Part shown: positions 28,356 to 39,869 of the stretch, in pieces
Layout: each line of letters starts with the position of its first letter
How positions within the stretch are numbered: the first letter of the stretch is position 1
Assembly (NCBI RefSeq): GCF_947568905.1
Contig: NC_079168.1
Span: forward strand, 18,290,001 to 18,354,000
Source of the DNA: Ostrea edulis
Lineage: Eukaryota
Direction of reading: 5' to 3'
Length of the DNA: 64,000 nucleotides
The notes under the pieces: generated by a model
The model's database searches: none
The model's input: the letters and a program-made list of their open reading frames with translations, nothing else
What the model was told of the DNA's origin: nothing
Program-made: the position numbers and the translations under genes

Positions 28356-30019
28356 TACGGCGGCGTAGAGAGGCCAAGTAAAAAAATATATTATTCGTTC
28401 GGACGAATTAGTAATTCGTTCGGACGAATTAGCAATTTGTTCGGACGAATTAGCTATTCGTTCGGACAAATTAGCCATTCGTTCGGACGAATTAGCTATT
28501 TGTTCGGACAAATTAGTAATTCGTTCAGACGAATTAGCAATTTGTTCGGACGAAGTAGAAATTCGTTCGAACGAATAAGTAAATTTGTTCGAGCAAATAA
28601 GTAATTTGTTCGGACGAGTTAGCAATTTGTTCGGACGAATTTGTAATTAGCTATAAGGCAACACCAATGCCGTAGTGAAACATCATAAAGTGGTGGTTGG
28701 GAAGCACAAAACTTAAATTGGGGCACATGCTAAAATGGGATTCAATTCCAAAATTTTCCATATAAACATCATGAAGATGACGACGGTAAATACAGTAAGC
28801 TACATAACCACCCCAACCCCTGAAATAACAAGCTAGAAATGACAAAAAAGTTTTTCGATAGGACAAAATGATATATGCTGTCTTTATAGAGAGCTCTGTA
28901 GATACATTTACATGTAGGTACATGTATACATACATATACAGAGATCTATAAGCTTGTAGGGAGGGTTGGCAGCGGGTACTCGTCAGGGACATAGCAACAG
29001 GGAGGGAGGGGGACAGGAAGGGCCTGGTCCTCTCCCCACTTTTTAAAAAAATCTTCCCTTTTTTCTTTTTTTCACATATCAAAATTCTTTTTGGTCCGGC
29101 TGACCCCCCCCCCCCCCACTCCCTTTTGGCTGGCCCCCTTTCAAAAACGATGCCACGCGCCTGCTCGTGTCCCCATAACACTTTCAAAAGTAGGGAGTGG
29201 GGACAAGAGTATGTTTGTGCCCCCTCCTTACACTTCTGGGAAATTTATGTTCTAAAATTGTTAGGCCCCTAATTGCTATAAAGAAAAATTGGTATAAAAT
29301 TTGGATATCCAGATTTGCGTTGACAAAACTTTGATAGGCTCTGATTGGCGCACAATTGCATTATTGTCGTCCTATACAAAAATTTAGTATCTTATTGAAT
29401 GTGTTACACTCCGTTGTACAGAAAATGTTCCTTTAATATACTATTGCACGGGGAAGGGGCGGGGGAAGGGGTGGGGGTTGAGGCCTACCTCAAACTTTTA
29501 AGACTGAGCAAGGTGTAGGGATTCCCACAATTTTTAGCTTGTTATTTCAGGGGTTTGGGGGGGGGGGGTTATGAAGTTTACTGTATGTACCGTCGTCATC
29601 TTCATGATGTTTATATGAAAATTTTTGGAATTGAATCCCATTTTAGCATGTGCCCCAATTTAAGTTTTGTGCTTCCCAACCACCACTTTATGATGTTTCA
29701 CTACGGCATTGGCGTTGCCTTATAGCTAATTACAAATTCGTCCGAACAAATTGCTAACTCGTCCGAACAAATTACTTATTTGCCCGAACAAATTTACTTA
29801 TTCGTTCGAACGAATTTCTACTTCGTCCGAACAAATTACTAATTCGTCCGAACGAATTACTAATTTGTCCGAACAAATAGCTAATTCGTCCGAACGAATG
29901 GCTAATTTGTCCGAACAAATAGCTAATTCGTCCGAACAAATAACTTACTTGTTCGAACAAATAGCTAATTCGTCCGAACGAATAATTTTTTTTTTACTTG
30001 GCCTTTCTACGCCGCCGTA
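28356..30019. mobile_element. Foldback-type element with ~480-bp inverted arms built from 21-bp tandem subrepeats
   Basis: Arm 28356-28836 (tacggcggcgtag...[ttcgttcggacgaattagcaa]n...gaaataacaagcta) is the reverse complement of 29533-30019. It is flanked by atggtg at 28350-28355 and 30020-30025. Confidence 0.85.
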
Positions 30020-30022
30020 ATG

Positions 30023-32335
30023 GTGGTATATGTAGGACATGCAAATATCTTTTTCCTTCGTATGGTGGAAAATTTTATGTCGTTCGAACGAGATATTATC
30101 TCGTTTGCATGACATAATATCTCGTTCGAACGACTTATTATCTCGTTCGAACGACATGACATCTCGATCGCACGACATAATACCTCGTTCGCACGACTTA
30201 TTATATGTTGTTCGCATGAGATAAGTTTTTGCATTGTTTTTAGCTCACCTGAACCGAAGGTTCAAGTGAGCTATTCTGATCACATTTTGTCCGGCGTCCG
30301 TCTGTCTGTCTGTCCGTCTGTCTGTCCGTCCGTCTGTCCGTCTGTCTGTCTGTCCGTCTGTCTGTAAACTTTTCACATTTTCGACTTCTTCTCCAGAACC
30401 ACGGGGCCAATTTCAACCTAACTTGGCCAAAAGCATCCTTGGGTGAAGGGCTTTCAAGTTTGTTCAAATGAAGGGCCATGTCCCTTTCAAAGGGGAGATA
30501 ATCACAAAAATGCAAAAATAGGGTGGGGTCATTTAAAAATCTTCTTCTCAAGAACCACTGGGCCAGAAGAGCTGAAATTTACCTGAAAGCTTCCTGACAT
30601 ATTGCAGATTCAAGTTTGTACAAATCATGACCCCCGGTGGTAGGATGGGGTCACAAGGGGGGATCAAAGTTTTACATACAAATATATAGGGAAAAACTTT
30701 AAAAATCTTCTTCTCAAGAACCACTAAGCCAGAAAAGCTGAGATTTACATGAAAGCTTCCTGACATAATGCAGATTCAAGTTTGTTCAAATCATGGGCCC
30801 CGGGGGTTGGATGGGGCCACAATAGGGGATCAAAGTTTTACATACAAATATATAGGAAAAATCTTTAAAAATCTTCTTCTCAAGAACCACTAAGCCAGAA
30901 AAGCTGATTTTTACATGAAAACTTTCTGACATAGTGCAGATTCAAGTTTGTTCAAATCATGGCCCCCGGTGGTAGGATGGGGCCCCAAGGGGGGATCAAA
31001 GTTTTGCACACAAATATATAGGGAAAAACTTTAAAAATCTTCTTCTCAAGAACCACTAAGCCAGAAAAGCTGAGATTTACATGAAAGCTTCCTGACATAA
31101 TACAGATTCAAGTTTGTTCAAATCATGGGCCCCGGGGGTTGGATGGGGCCACAATAGGGGATCAAAGTTTTACATACAAATATATAGGGAAAAACTTTAA
31201 AAATCTTCTTCTCAAGAACCACTAAGCCAGAAAAGCTGATTTTTACATGAAAACTTTCTGACATAGTGCAGATTCAAGTTTGTTCAAATCATGGCCCCCG
31301 GGGATAAGATGGGGCCCCAAGGGGGGGGGGGTAAAGTTTTACACACAAATATATAGGGAAAAACTTTAAAAATCTTCTTCTCAAGAACCACTAAGCCAGA
31401 AAAGCTGATTTTTACATGAAAGCTTCCTGACATAGTGCAGATTCAAGTTTGTTCAAATCATGGCCCCCGGGGATAAGATGGGGCCCCAAGGGGGGGATCA
31501 AAGTTTTACACACAAATATATAGGGAAAAACTTTAAAAATCTTCTTCTCAAGAACCACTAAGCCAGAAAAGCTGGCTTTTACATGAAAACTTTCTGACAT
31601 AGTGCAGATTCAAGTTTGTTCAAATCATGGCCCCCGGGGATAAGATGGGGCCCCAAGGGGGGATCAAAGTTTTGCACACAAATATATAGGGAAAAACTTT
31701 AAAAATCTTCTTCTTAAGAACCACTAAGCCAGAAAAGCTGAGATTTACATGAAAGCTTCCTGACATCATGCAGATTCAAGTTTGTTCAAATTATGGGCTC
31801 CGGGGGTTGGATGGGGCTACAATTGGGGATCAAAGTTTTACATACAAATATATAGGAAAAATCTTCTTCTCAAGAACCACTGAGCCAGAAAAGCTGATTT
31901 TTACATGAAAACTTTCTGACATAGTGCAGATTCAAATTTCTTCAAATCATGGGCTCCGGGGGTAGGATGGGGCCACAAGGGGGATCAAAGTTTTACATAC
32001 AAATATATAGTTAAAATCTTTTTCTCAATAACCACTGAGTCAGAAAAGCTGATATTTACAAGAAAACTTTCTGACATACTGCAGATTCAAGTTTGTTCAA
32101 ATCATGGTCCCCGGGGGGTAGGATGGGGCCACAAGTGGGGGGGGGGTCAAAGTTTTACATACAAATATAGAAAAAAGCTTTAAAAGAACCATTGGGCCAA
32201 AGAAGTTGACATTTACATGAAAGCTTTCTGACATAGTGTAGATTCAAGTTTGCAAAGGGTAGTTTGGGCCATAATAGGGACCAAGGTTTTACATGCAAAT
32301 ATATATGGAAAGTCTTCAGATATGGGCCAAGGTGA

Positions 32336-32373
<38 letters not shown>

Positions 32374-33227
32374 ACTTTACACTTACTTTATAATTAACTG
32401 ACCAAAGTCTATGGTATTCAGAAGTTGACTTCAGTATTAAAATATGGATGAGGGGAAAGTTGGAAATTTTATTCATGTGCCTCTAATAGTAATAGTACTT
32501 TTTGTGTAAATGGAATTAACCAGTTATTTCTTCGAAAAACAAAAGGACCTTTGCAAAATAAAAGAAATGAACTACATGTACATATTTATATATCTATCAA
32601 AAATACGTTCTTTGATTTCTTTGAGGGAGGGTGGTGGTGTCAAAGTTAAAAAACAAATGTCATGAGAGTGTAAATTCCGCAACTTGAATTATTCATTCTC
32701 TACATAAAAGATGTGCATGAATTCACTTGCACTTTCGTGGTGAACATCATAATTGACCAATTGATTGGTTATATTGTTTATGTCCCTTATAAGATTATTT
32801 CACACAAAACAACATATTTTCTGTATTTCCTACATGTATTTTGGAAGCCAACAAAACAGGAATATACACCTTGGTAACTAATTTAAAATGAGTCTCGCTT
32901 GGGTTTTTGCACCCCGCACTCATGGTTAAACTTAACCTTGTTTAAATATGAAATTATTCGTCCCCCCACCCCCGCAATGTAAAATAAGTCGTGCGATCGA
33001 GATATTATGTCGTGCGATCGACATGATAAGTCGTGCGAACGAGAGATTATCTCGTGCGAACGAGATATTATGTCGTGCGAACGAGATATTATATCGTGCG
33101 AACGAGATAATAAGTCGTTCGAACGAGATAATGTCTCGTGCGAACGAGATAATACGTCGTTCGAACGAGATAATACTTTCCAACATAAGAAGGAAAAAAA
33201 TATTTGCATGTCCTAGATATACCACTG
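30023..33227. mobile_element. Second foldback-type element with ~200-240-bp arms of 21-bp subrepeats, hosting a HINE
   Basis: gtggtatatgtaggacatgcaaatat...(tcgttcgaacgacataatatc)n at 30023-30225 is mirrored by 32990-33227, which ends ...ctagatataccac followed by tgta. Confidence 0.75.
30237..32370 (+). mobile_element. Full-length Helentron-associated (HINE/pearl/CvA-type) element with about 10 copies of the ~166-bp satellite
   Basis: 5' ttttagctcacctga, (gtct/gtcc)n microsatellite at 30297-30365, tandem units at about 30540-32260, subterminal inverted repeat tcaggtgagcg, 3' hairpin ggcccatgggcc and terminal ctcttgtt. Confidence 0.9.
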
Positions 33228-33239
33228 TACAAAGATCGG

Positions 33240-33430
33240 TAAAGTTGGCTACTAGTAACCAGCTACTAGTAACTGGCTACTTAAAAAGAGAAAAGTTGGC
33301 TACTAGTAGCCAGCTACTTGAACCAGGAAAAGTTAGCTACTAGTAGCCAGCTACTAAAAGTAAGAAAAGTTAGCTACTCGTAGCCAGCTACTACAAAATA
33401 TAAAAGTTATAATTACTGATAGCTCGCTAC
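33240..33430. repeat. Short tandem array (~38-bp period) with palindromic core gctactagtagc
   Basis: aaagttggctactagtagccagctact occurs about 4 times, separated by short A-rich spacers. Confidence 0.7.
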
Positions 33431-33693
33431 CAGATAAAGGTTAATGAGTTTGAAAATTATTATCTATCAGATTTATTTCTAAAGAGGACGAGGAGTCGTA
33501 TGATATTTCATGCTCAATTGTCCCCAGTTACATATCGTTGCAATGCAAAATACGAATAAACTTTTTCAACTGAGTGTTTACTTTAAAAGTGATACGGATT
33601 GAATTCAGACGTTCAATCATTTGATATACATCCATTTTGAGATATCTGCTACTTTTACAATTTGATTCGAGTTACCCCGAAATTTCAACATTT

Positions 33694-33832
33694 CAACAGG
33701 GGATGCTTACTCCTCCTAGGCACCTGATCCCACCCCTAGTATGTCCATGGGTCCGTGTTTGCCCAACTATATATTTTGTATTGCTTATAGGAGTTATGGG
33801 ATTGATCACTGGTCGTTATCTTCGCCTTGCAT
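33694..33832 (+). mobile_element. Penelope-like 3' end fragment
   Basis: caacaggggatgcttactcctcctaggcacctgatccc...cttcgccttgcat, directly joined to a CR1-type fragment. Confidence 0.7.
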
Positions 33833-34390
33833 CTGACTTGAAGTGGATCGACCATATTAATACCATCTGTGGGAAAGCTAACAAGACCTTAGGTTTTCTC
33901 TGTCGCAACCTCAACATTAGTTCAACGTCTGTCAAAGAGAACGCTTATAAATTATTAGTTAGGCCCCTGGTTGAATACGCGTCATCAATTTGGGACCCAT
34001 ATCATCAAAAGGACAATCACTGACTTGTCATGGTGCAACAAAGAGCAACTCACTATGCCAGAAACAGATATGGGAACAGATCTTATGTGGAGAGTATGAT
34101 AGAACATCTCAACTGGAGACCATTAAACATCGTCGTAGACACGCCAGACTTACCATGCTATATAAAATTGTAAACAATGAAGTGCCCGTTGACAAGAGCG
34201 ATAGACTTATACCATCTCAGCGCAAGACCGGGCATTCTCACCATCTTGCCTTCCAGCTACCATCATGCAATGGTTCCTATTGCGAATTCTCATTCTTACT
34301 CCGTACAATCAGGGAATGGAATGCGCCGCCAGGGATTGTATCACTTAAAACACCCGAAACCCTCAGGGGAGCTAGTGTCCCAATAAAACT
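33833..34390 (+). mobile_element. CR1-group LINE 3' fragment
   Basis: DLKWIDHINTICGKANKTLGFLCRNL...YKLLVRPLVEYASSIWDPY, then (frameshifted) RRRHARLTMLYKIVN...FLLRTIREWNA. These are typical CR1-group C-terminal motifs. Confidence 0.85.
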
Positions 34391-34593
34391 TTTGAAACTT
34401 ACATATTTATTTTTAACTCTTTTTTTTAACATGCGTTCTCTCTATGACAAAATAATCAATCAGTTCATTATGGCCATTACTAGACCATTACCAGAACCAC
34501 TTCCAGAAATATTTGCCTTGAGCACCTTCGCACCCGCTTCCAAACTAATGTGGAAACAGCTTCTAAAGCTGCAGGAAAGAGAAACCAACACAT

Positions 34594-34954
34594 AAGGCAG
34601 GCTTCTGGCAAACAAGTTGATGGTGCAGGGGTTTCAACAGTCTCGTTTAAAGTTAGCATTTCGCAAATTCTATGGTCGTTATAACGATCTAGTTGCCAAT
34701 ATAACCTATCATTGGGTCAAATGCTGTCTGTCGTATTTTCATACCGATTGTTAGACCGTTCGTGGCACACTGATTAACTCCGTCAAGATATAGGGCTCAC
34801 AGCGAGTGTGACCGGTCGACAGGGGATGCTTACTCCTCATAAGCACCTGATCCCACCTCTGGTGTGTCCAGGGGTCCGTGTTTGCCCAACTTTCTATTTT
34901 GTATTGCTTATAGGAGTTATGAGATTGATTACTGTTCGTTATCTTCACCTTTTA
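34594..34954 (+). mobile_element. Penelope-like RT C-terminus plus 3' end (unedited reference copy)
   Basis: Encodes GRLLANKLMVQGFQQSRLKLAFRKFYGRYNDL, followed by the shared 3' repeat. Confidence 0.75.
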
Positions 34955-35769
34955 TAAGGATGACTTCGGTTCATACCCAAGTTAGTAGCGTAAATATTCC
35001 AATGTTCTTTCTAAGCCACATGTGTAATACTCCAACCAATTTCATCCATCGTTTGAAAACTGACACATGCTTAGTATCCTTGCAACGCCGACATGTTGCT
35101 ACCACATTAACCCTCGTGAAAGGCAAAGTTACTTGGGTAGAGTTCAAATGCCACAATACGTCATATAAGAACTGAAACTCTCTCCATTCGATTGCAACTC
35201 GGGTGAGAACAACAAACTGTAAACAGTATGAACAACGAACTGTGAACATTTGTACTTAGTTGACAACGTCCATACATTGGAAATCCACTGATATCGACTG
35301 TCCATGACCCCAGAAAGTTGGAGGCGACAACCCTGGCAACATGTTCTATTCGCACATAAATCTTTAAATGGTACAGAGCTATGATTAATATGTACAACTA
35401 AAGAAATTAAATTTTCATGTGTAATATAGATACTGTATGCGTTTCACGCCAGTAATGGAATGTCCAGCTAGACTATAATTGAAGGTTTCGTTTAAGATAC
35501 TGACTTGGCACTGCAAATTTTGTTTGTACTGTAATGAAAAAGTTTTGATGAAGTTAATAGTAGAAGTATATTTGTAGGAAATAAAGGATATACACTTGTA
35601 CTTGAATAATGGTATACCAGACTGAATATTTTTATGACGACATCTACATAATATATATATTCCTTAGTGACAAATCTCTAAGCATTAGCTTGCTATAGCT
35701 TCTTCAAATAACGTATTTAAAACATTGAAGTTTTGTGTTAATTTGATGTAGACTTAATTGTTTGTTGAC

Positions 35770-36195
35770 ATATGGTAAAAGTGAATCAAATGAGAAGTTG
35801 TTTTTGCTTATTTCATTGATTCGTTATATAAATTCAAAACTAATTTTGTTTTTGAAAACTACTTAACACTCTTACCACCTGCACAACGTAAAGCACTTAC
35901 AAGATTACGTACATCAGCGCACAATTTACCAGTAGAACGAGGTCGTTATTCAGGAATCCCGAGACATTTAAGATTTTGTACAAAGTGTTCTTCTTGTAAA
36001 ATTGGTGATGAGATTCATCTGACTTTTTAATGTTCAACTTATAACTCACTCAGGCAGAACATGTATAAAATTATAAAACAACAATGTGAACATTTTTCTA
36101 GTCTTGACAACATAAATAGATTAATATTACTCAATTTTGAAAATACTGATGTACTTGTAGCCCTTTGCGATTTGATTAAAGAAGCAATATAAAAT
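35770..36195 (+). mobile_element. LINE 3' fragment with C-terminal zinc-knuckle
   Basis: QRKALTRLRTSAHNLPVERGRYSGIPRHLRFCTKCSSCKIGDEIHLTF*CS matches the R-x-S-x-H-x-L-x-x-E-x-GR...C-x-x-C...DE-x-H...C tail of invertebrate LINE ORF2. Confidence 0.75.
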
Positions 36196-36327
36196 GAATC
36201 ATGTGAAAGTTCAAACCAATATGTTTATACATAATTATGCACCCATTGTAAACATGACATGTTGACTTAGTACCAATGCACCGTCCTGTGGTATATTTTG
36301 CATTACAGTGGAGTATTAATCATATGT

Positions 36328-36478
36328 GCGGGCGTCACCGGTCAACAGGGGATGCTTACTCCTCCTAGGCACCTGATCCCACCTCAGGTGTGTCCAGGGG
36401 TCCGTGTTTGCCCAACTATCTATTTTGTATTGCTTAAAGGAGTTATGAGATTGAGCACTGTTCGTTATCTTCACCTTA
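36328..36478 (+). mobile_element. Penelope-like 3' end fragment
   Basis: Near-identical to 44468-44644. Confidence 0.7.
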
Positions 36479-36929
36479 CATGTACTTGTACTACGTGCCT
36501 TTTACTATTATTTTGTCCGATTGCATATGGAAAAATTATACGGTACCAGATGCTCATTTCGACAAATAATGTCTCTTCAGTGATGCTCAACCGAAATGTT
36601 TGAAATCCGAAATAACAATGAAGTTTTAGAGCTATTTTAGGGGGAAATATATTGATATCATTTCCCCCTTGTGCATTTCTGACTGTTTTGGGATACACGG
36701 CGGTACTTGCATGTATTACATCAAGTATTATTATATGATTGAATAATTCCTAGCTCTCTAATTGGTTGAGATCCAACAATGTAGAAATCATCCTACGTTA
36801 TGTTTACCTGCACGTGACCTTCCAGATGAACATAAGGAATTATTTTTTTCACATAGGACCAAAAATAGGTCGTTGAAACTTACAATTAAAGCACAGAAGA
36901 ATCTTGAAGGGTTTTTTAATCATATAATA

Positions 36930-37077
36930 AAACAATTATTGCTGTTTTTGAGGTCAATACGATGATTTAGCCACCTTCGAAGTACAATATTCACCTTGCC
37001 CTTCGGGCTCGGTGAATATTGTTCTCCTCAGGTGTCTAAATCATCGTATTGACCTCAAAAAACAGCAATAATTGTAT
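36930..37077. mobile_element. Palindromic MITE
   Basis: acaattattgctgtttttgaggtcaatacgatgatttag...caatattcacc / ggtgaatattg...ctaaatcatcgtattgacctcaaaaaacagcaataattgt around a central gccc-ttc-gggc hairpin. Confidence 0.8.
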
Positions 37078-38427
37078 AATGTCTCATGTTATGTACATTA
37101 TCTAAGCTCATACTGTTCAAAGTGAGGACCCCCTGGTTCCCTACAAACGTTTGTTTTTCGTTTTTCACCTTGTTATGATTTATATTTTCCCCAGTAAAAC
37201 TCCGAACAGCTTAAGGGTTTAATAAAAGTGCAGAATAGCTTTGGGAATTGAAAATAGATGCAAAGGACAGAATCCACGAATTTTCAGGAAATTCTTAGTA
37301 GTTTTGTTTTACACATTAAATAGGGAGTCTGGGTCCAAACTTCAGATGCCTGTGCATGTAGAGACAGTTTTCTCCACAGTACACCTAATGATACATTTAA
37401 CATCAGCTGCCTGTACACCTAATCGTTACGTCGAGTCATTTGCTCTGTCTGTGACCACCATTGCCTCAATTAGCGTCGGACATCCAGTAACCAATAATTT
37501 AGGAAATTATTCCCTAATAGACAATTACAGAAGATAAATGCTGCTGACTCAGTCCGAGGCAAAAGTGCTCACCTTTGTTTGTCTGAACTGACCTCTCCTC
37601 TTTATATATGCTCAGCCTGCGTCGACTCGCTGTCTTCGAACCAATCGATTTCCAAATTCAGAATGGAAAAGGAATACTTCAACTTTTGCATATCGTTGGT
37701 TTTGCTAGATATCTTAATATACATTGTATAATATGGGACTCCAACCTACACAATGTATTGGCAAACATCTCCGGAAAAGACGTTATAGAACGCCTACAAT
37801 ATTATATACCAGCTGAATAAGATGGTCGCATATTGTATATTACAGTATAACATAAAATAGGAGGTACTGAGGATGTAGGTAATTAGTCAGCATAAAGGGA
37901 TGAAAGATTCCAAGAGGTTGTAGTCTCCCCAGCATTCTCATGTATTTATTACACTAATCCATGAACTAGCTGATTTGTTAAATTAAGCAAATAACATGGA
38001 TATTATAAAACAGTGAAAGCTACATGCAATTTATCATTTCTTAGGGAAATACGGATAACCTCTCTTGTTTCTGTAAGTAATAGCTGAACTTATCGTATAC
38101 CTATTAGATGTACATAGAATCACAAGTTTTTCATCAAATGGATTTATTTATTCAATATTCTTTTATAATTGTCAACGAAAATTTCCCTGGTACTCATCGT
38201 GCTTGACTATGAAAAAATCACTAGGAGAGCTTGTGTCCACTTGAAACGGCTTTCATAACCTGGGGAGGGGTACAAATTTTTTTCCTGTTTTTGAGTGGTT
38301 TTCTTCTGTTATAACAAAATATATTTCGGTCCAGATGTTGTCATTGTTATAGGAAAACACCAGCTGCAGACATAAACGGTGTACTTTGTTTAAAATGTAT
38401 TATAGCAACTTTATACGGCAGATTCAA

Positions 38428-38435
38428 TATAAAAA
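38428..38435 (+). promoter_or_regulatory. Candidate TATA box of the prepro-EGF gene
   Basis: TATAAAAA ends 33 nt upstream of the ATG at 38469. Confidence 0.4.
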
Positions 38436-38468
38436 CTGTACGTGCTGAAGGTCTTTTTCTTGAAGACG

Positions 38469-39869
38469 ATGCCGCCTCAGAGTACCGCGGCATTGGTCAT
38501 CGTTTTGCTGTTTATGATCTTACCAAGTTTTGAAGCTCAACATGTCAGCAAGCAACTTAGAGATACCCTACAAGTAAGTTCAAGGCATGATTCTCCCATT
38601 TTATCATGTTGCAAGAAACCTCAAATTTAAGCAGGTATAAATGTAGGCTTTTTATTTTGAAACGTTTTCGTTTGAAAGTTTCACAACAAAAACTTTAAAA
38701 ATTCCAAAAATAGTATATGTATATTCAAAGGTCTTGCATTTATGTTTGTAGTATTTGAACCATGTTTATTTCAAAGGTTTGCATAAAAACATGAATTATA
38801 CTTTTGTCTTCAGGCGATACCATCTGCTTACCAAGGAGTTGCCGTGCACGAGATTCACGAGATCCGCTCCCTCACCGATGTAACAGATGGCGGGAAAAAC
38901 AGCGAAGACAAAGCAAAGGCCATTAGGAGAAGCAGGAGAAGTATGCGTTTTAGTAGATGGAAGAATAAAAGACTGCCAATGTGGTTTTAATCCATAAAGG
39001 TTTTGATATAACGGGAAATCATATTCTCCAAGTGGAATTATTCTTTCAATCTTTATTTTGTCGGGTTAATTTTTGTAGGGGGTAGGGTGGTAGGGGTTGC
39101 TCTCCCTTTTTATGGCTGTATTGTACGGCTATATTGTCCTTTCTTCTTCAGCAAATCCAAAGCGTGACCAAGAGTTTTTAGATATTCCGAAAATTTCATC
39201 TCTTTACGTCTTCAGTACCCATATTGTCTTCAAAATATATAAGATTTAAATAATCCTCCAACTTTGAAGACAATCAACAATTATAAGCTTGTAAGCAAGA
39301 TGTACGACGCGTTAAGGTGGCTCACTACACCCTGAAACAGTTTCTCAAAACAGTACGAATTGATATAATCATAAAAGATATGATGATATATAATACGTAC
39401 TTATGTCAAAAAGGTAGAAAATATGCAAATTTGGATAAAAACATTATTTTCAAAACTTTATTTCAACACATATGAACAAAAGACTCTGGCGGATTTAAAA
39501 TCGAGATCTGCGGTTCACCAACCCAATGCTTTAACCAATGAGATCTGCGGTTCACCAGCCCAATGCTTTAACCAATGAGGTACGATGATAGACAAACAAT
39601 TCGATCGATACAAGTAATTTCACAAAACATTTAAATCGCCATCTTGTGACGTAGTGTAGTGAGCTACCTTAATTCCATGCAGATTCACAGAGACAAAATT
39701 AACAATTACGCTTCTAGATATTGTCTTATTCAATCGGGGGGAAAATCAAATGTTACAGGGCGATGTAAAGGCGTTGTGTGTGAGAATGGAGGGACCATTA
39801 GAATACGTAGGGGCCAGTGTGTCTGTTCCTGTCCCCAGGGCTACGTTGGGTATAACTGTCAATACAGAG
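38469..39869 (+). CDS. Secreted precursor: signal peptide + propeptide + furin site + EGF-like domain (3' end unresolved)
   Basis: Exons 38469-38573, 38814-38940 and 39759-39869 are GT-AG and in phase: MPPQSTAALVIVLLFMILPSFEAQHVSKQLRDTLQ / AIPSAYQGVAVHEIHEIRSLTDVTDGGKNSEDKAKAIRRSRR / RRCKGVVCENGGTIRIRRGQCVCSCPQGYVGYNCQYR. A possible next exon is 40481-40553. Confidence 0.75.

Noticed and set aside
29451-29480. G-quadruplex-forming run (also poly-G/poly-C tracts at 23270, 25470 and 62612)
   Set aside because: G-rich tracts are routine parts of these oyster MITEs and HINEs, and nothing indicates a specific function.
28227-33343. Many 60-130 aa ORFs with ISRSNE/FGRIS repeats
   Set aside because: They are translations of 21-bp and 166-bp tandem repeats of non-autonomous elements.
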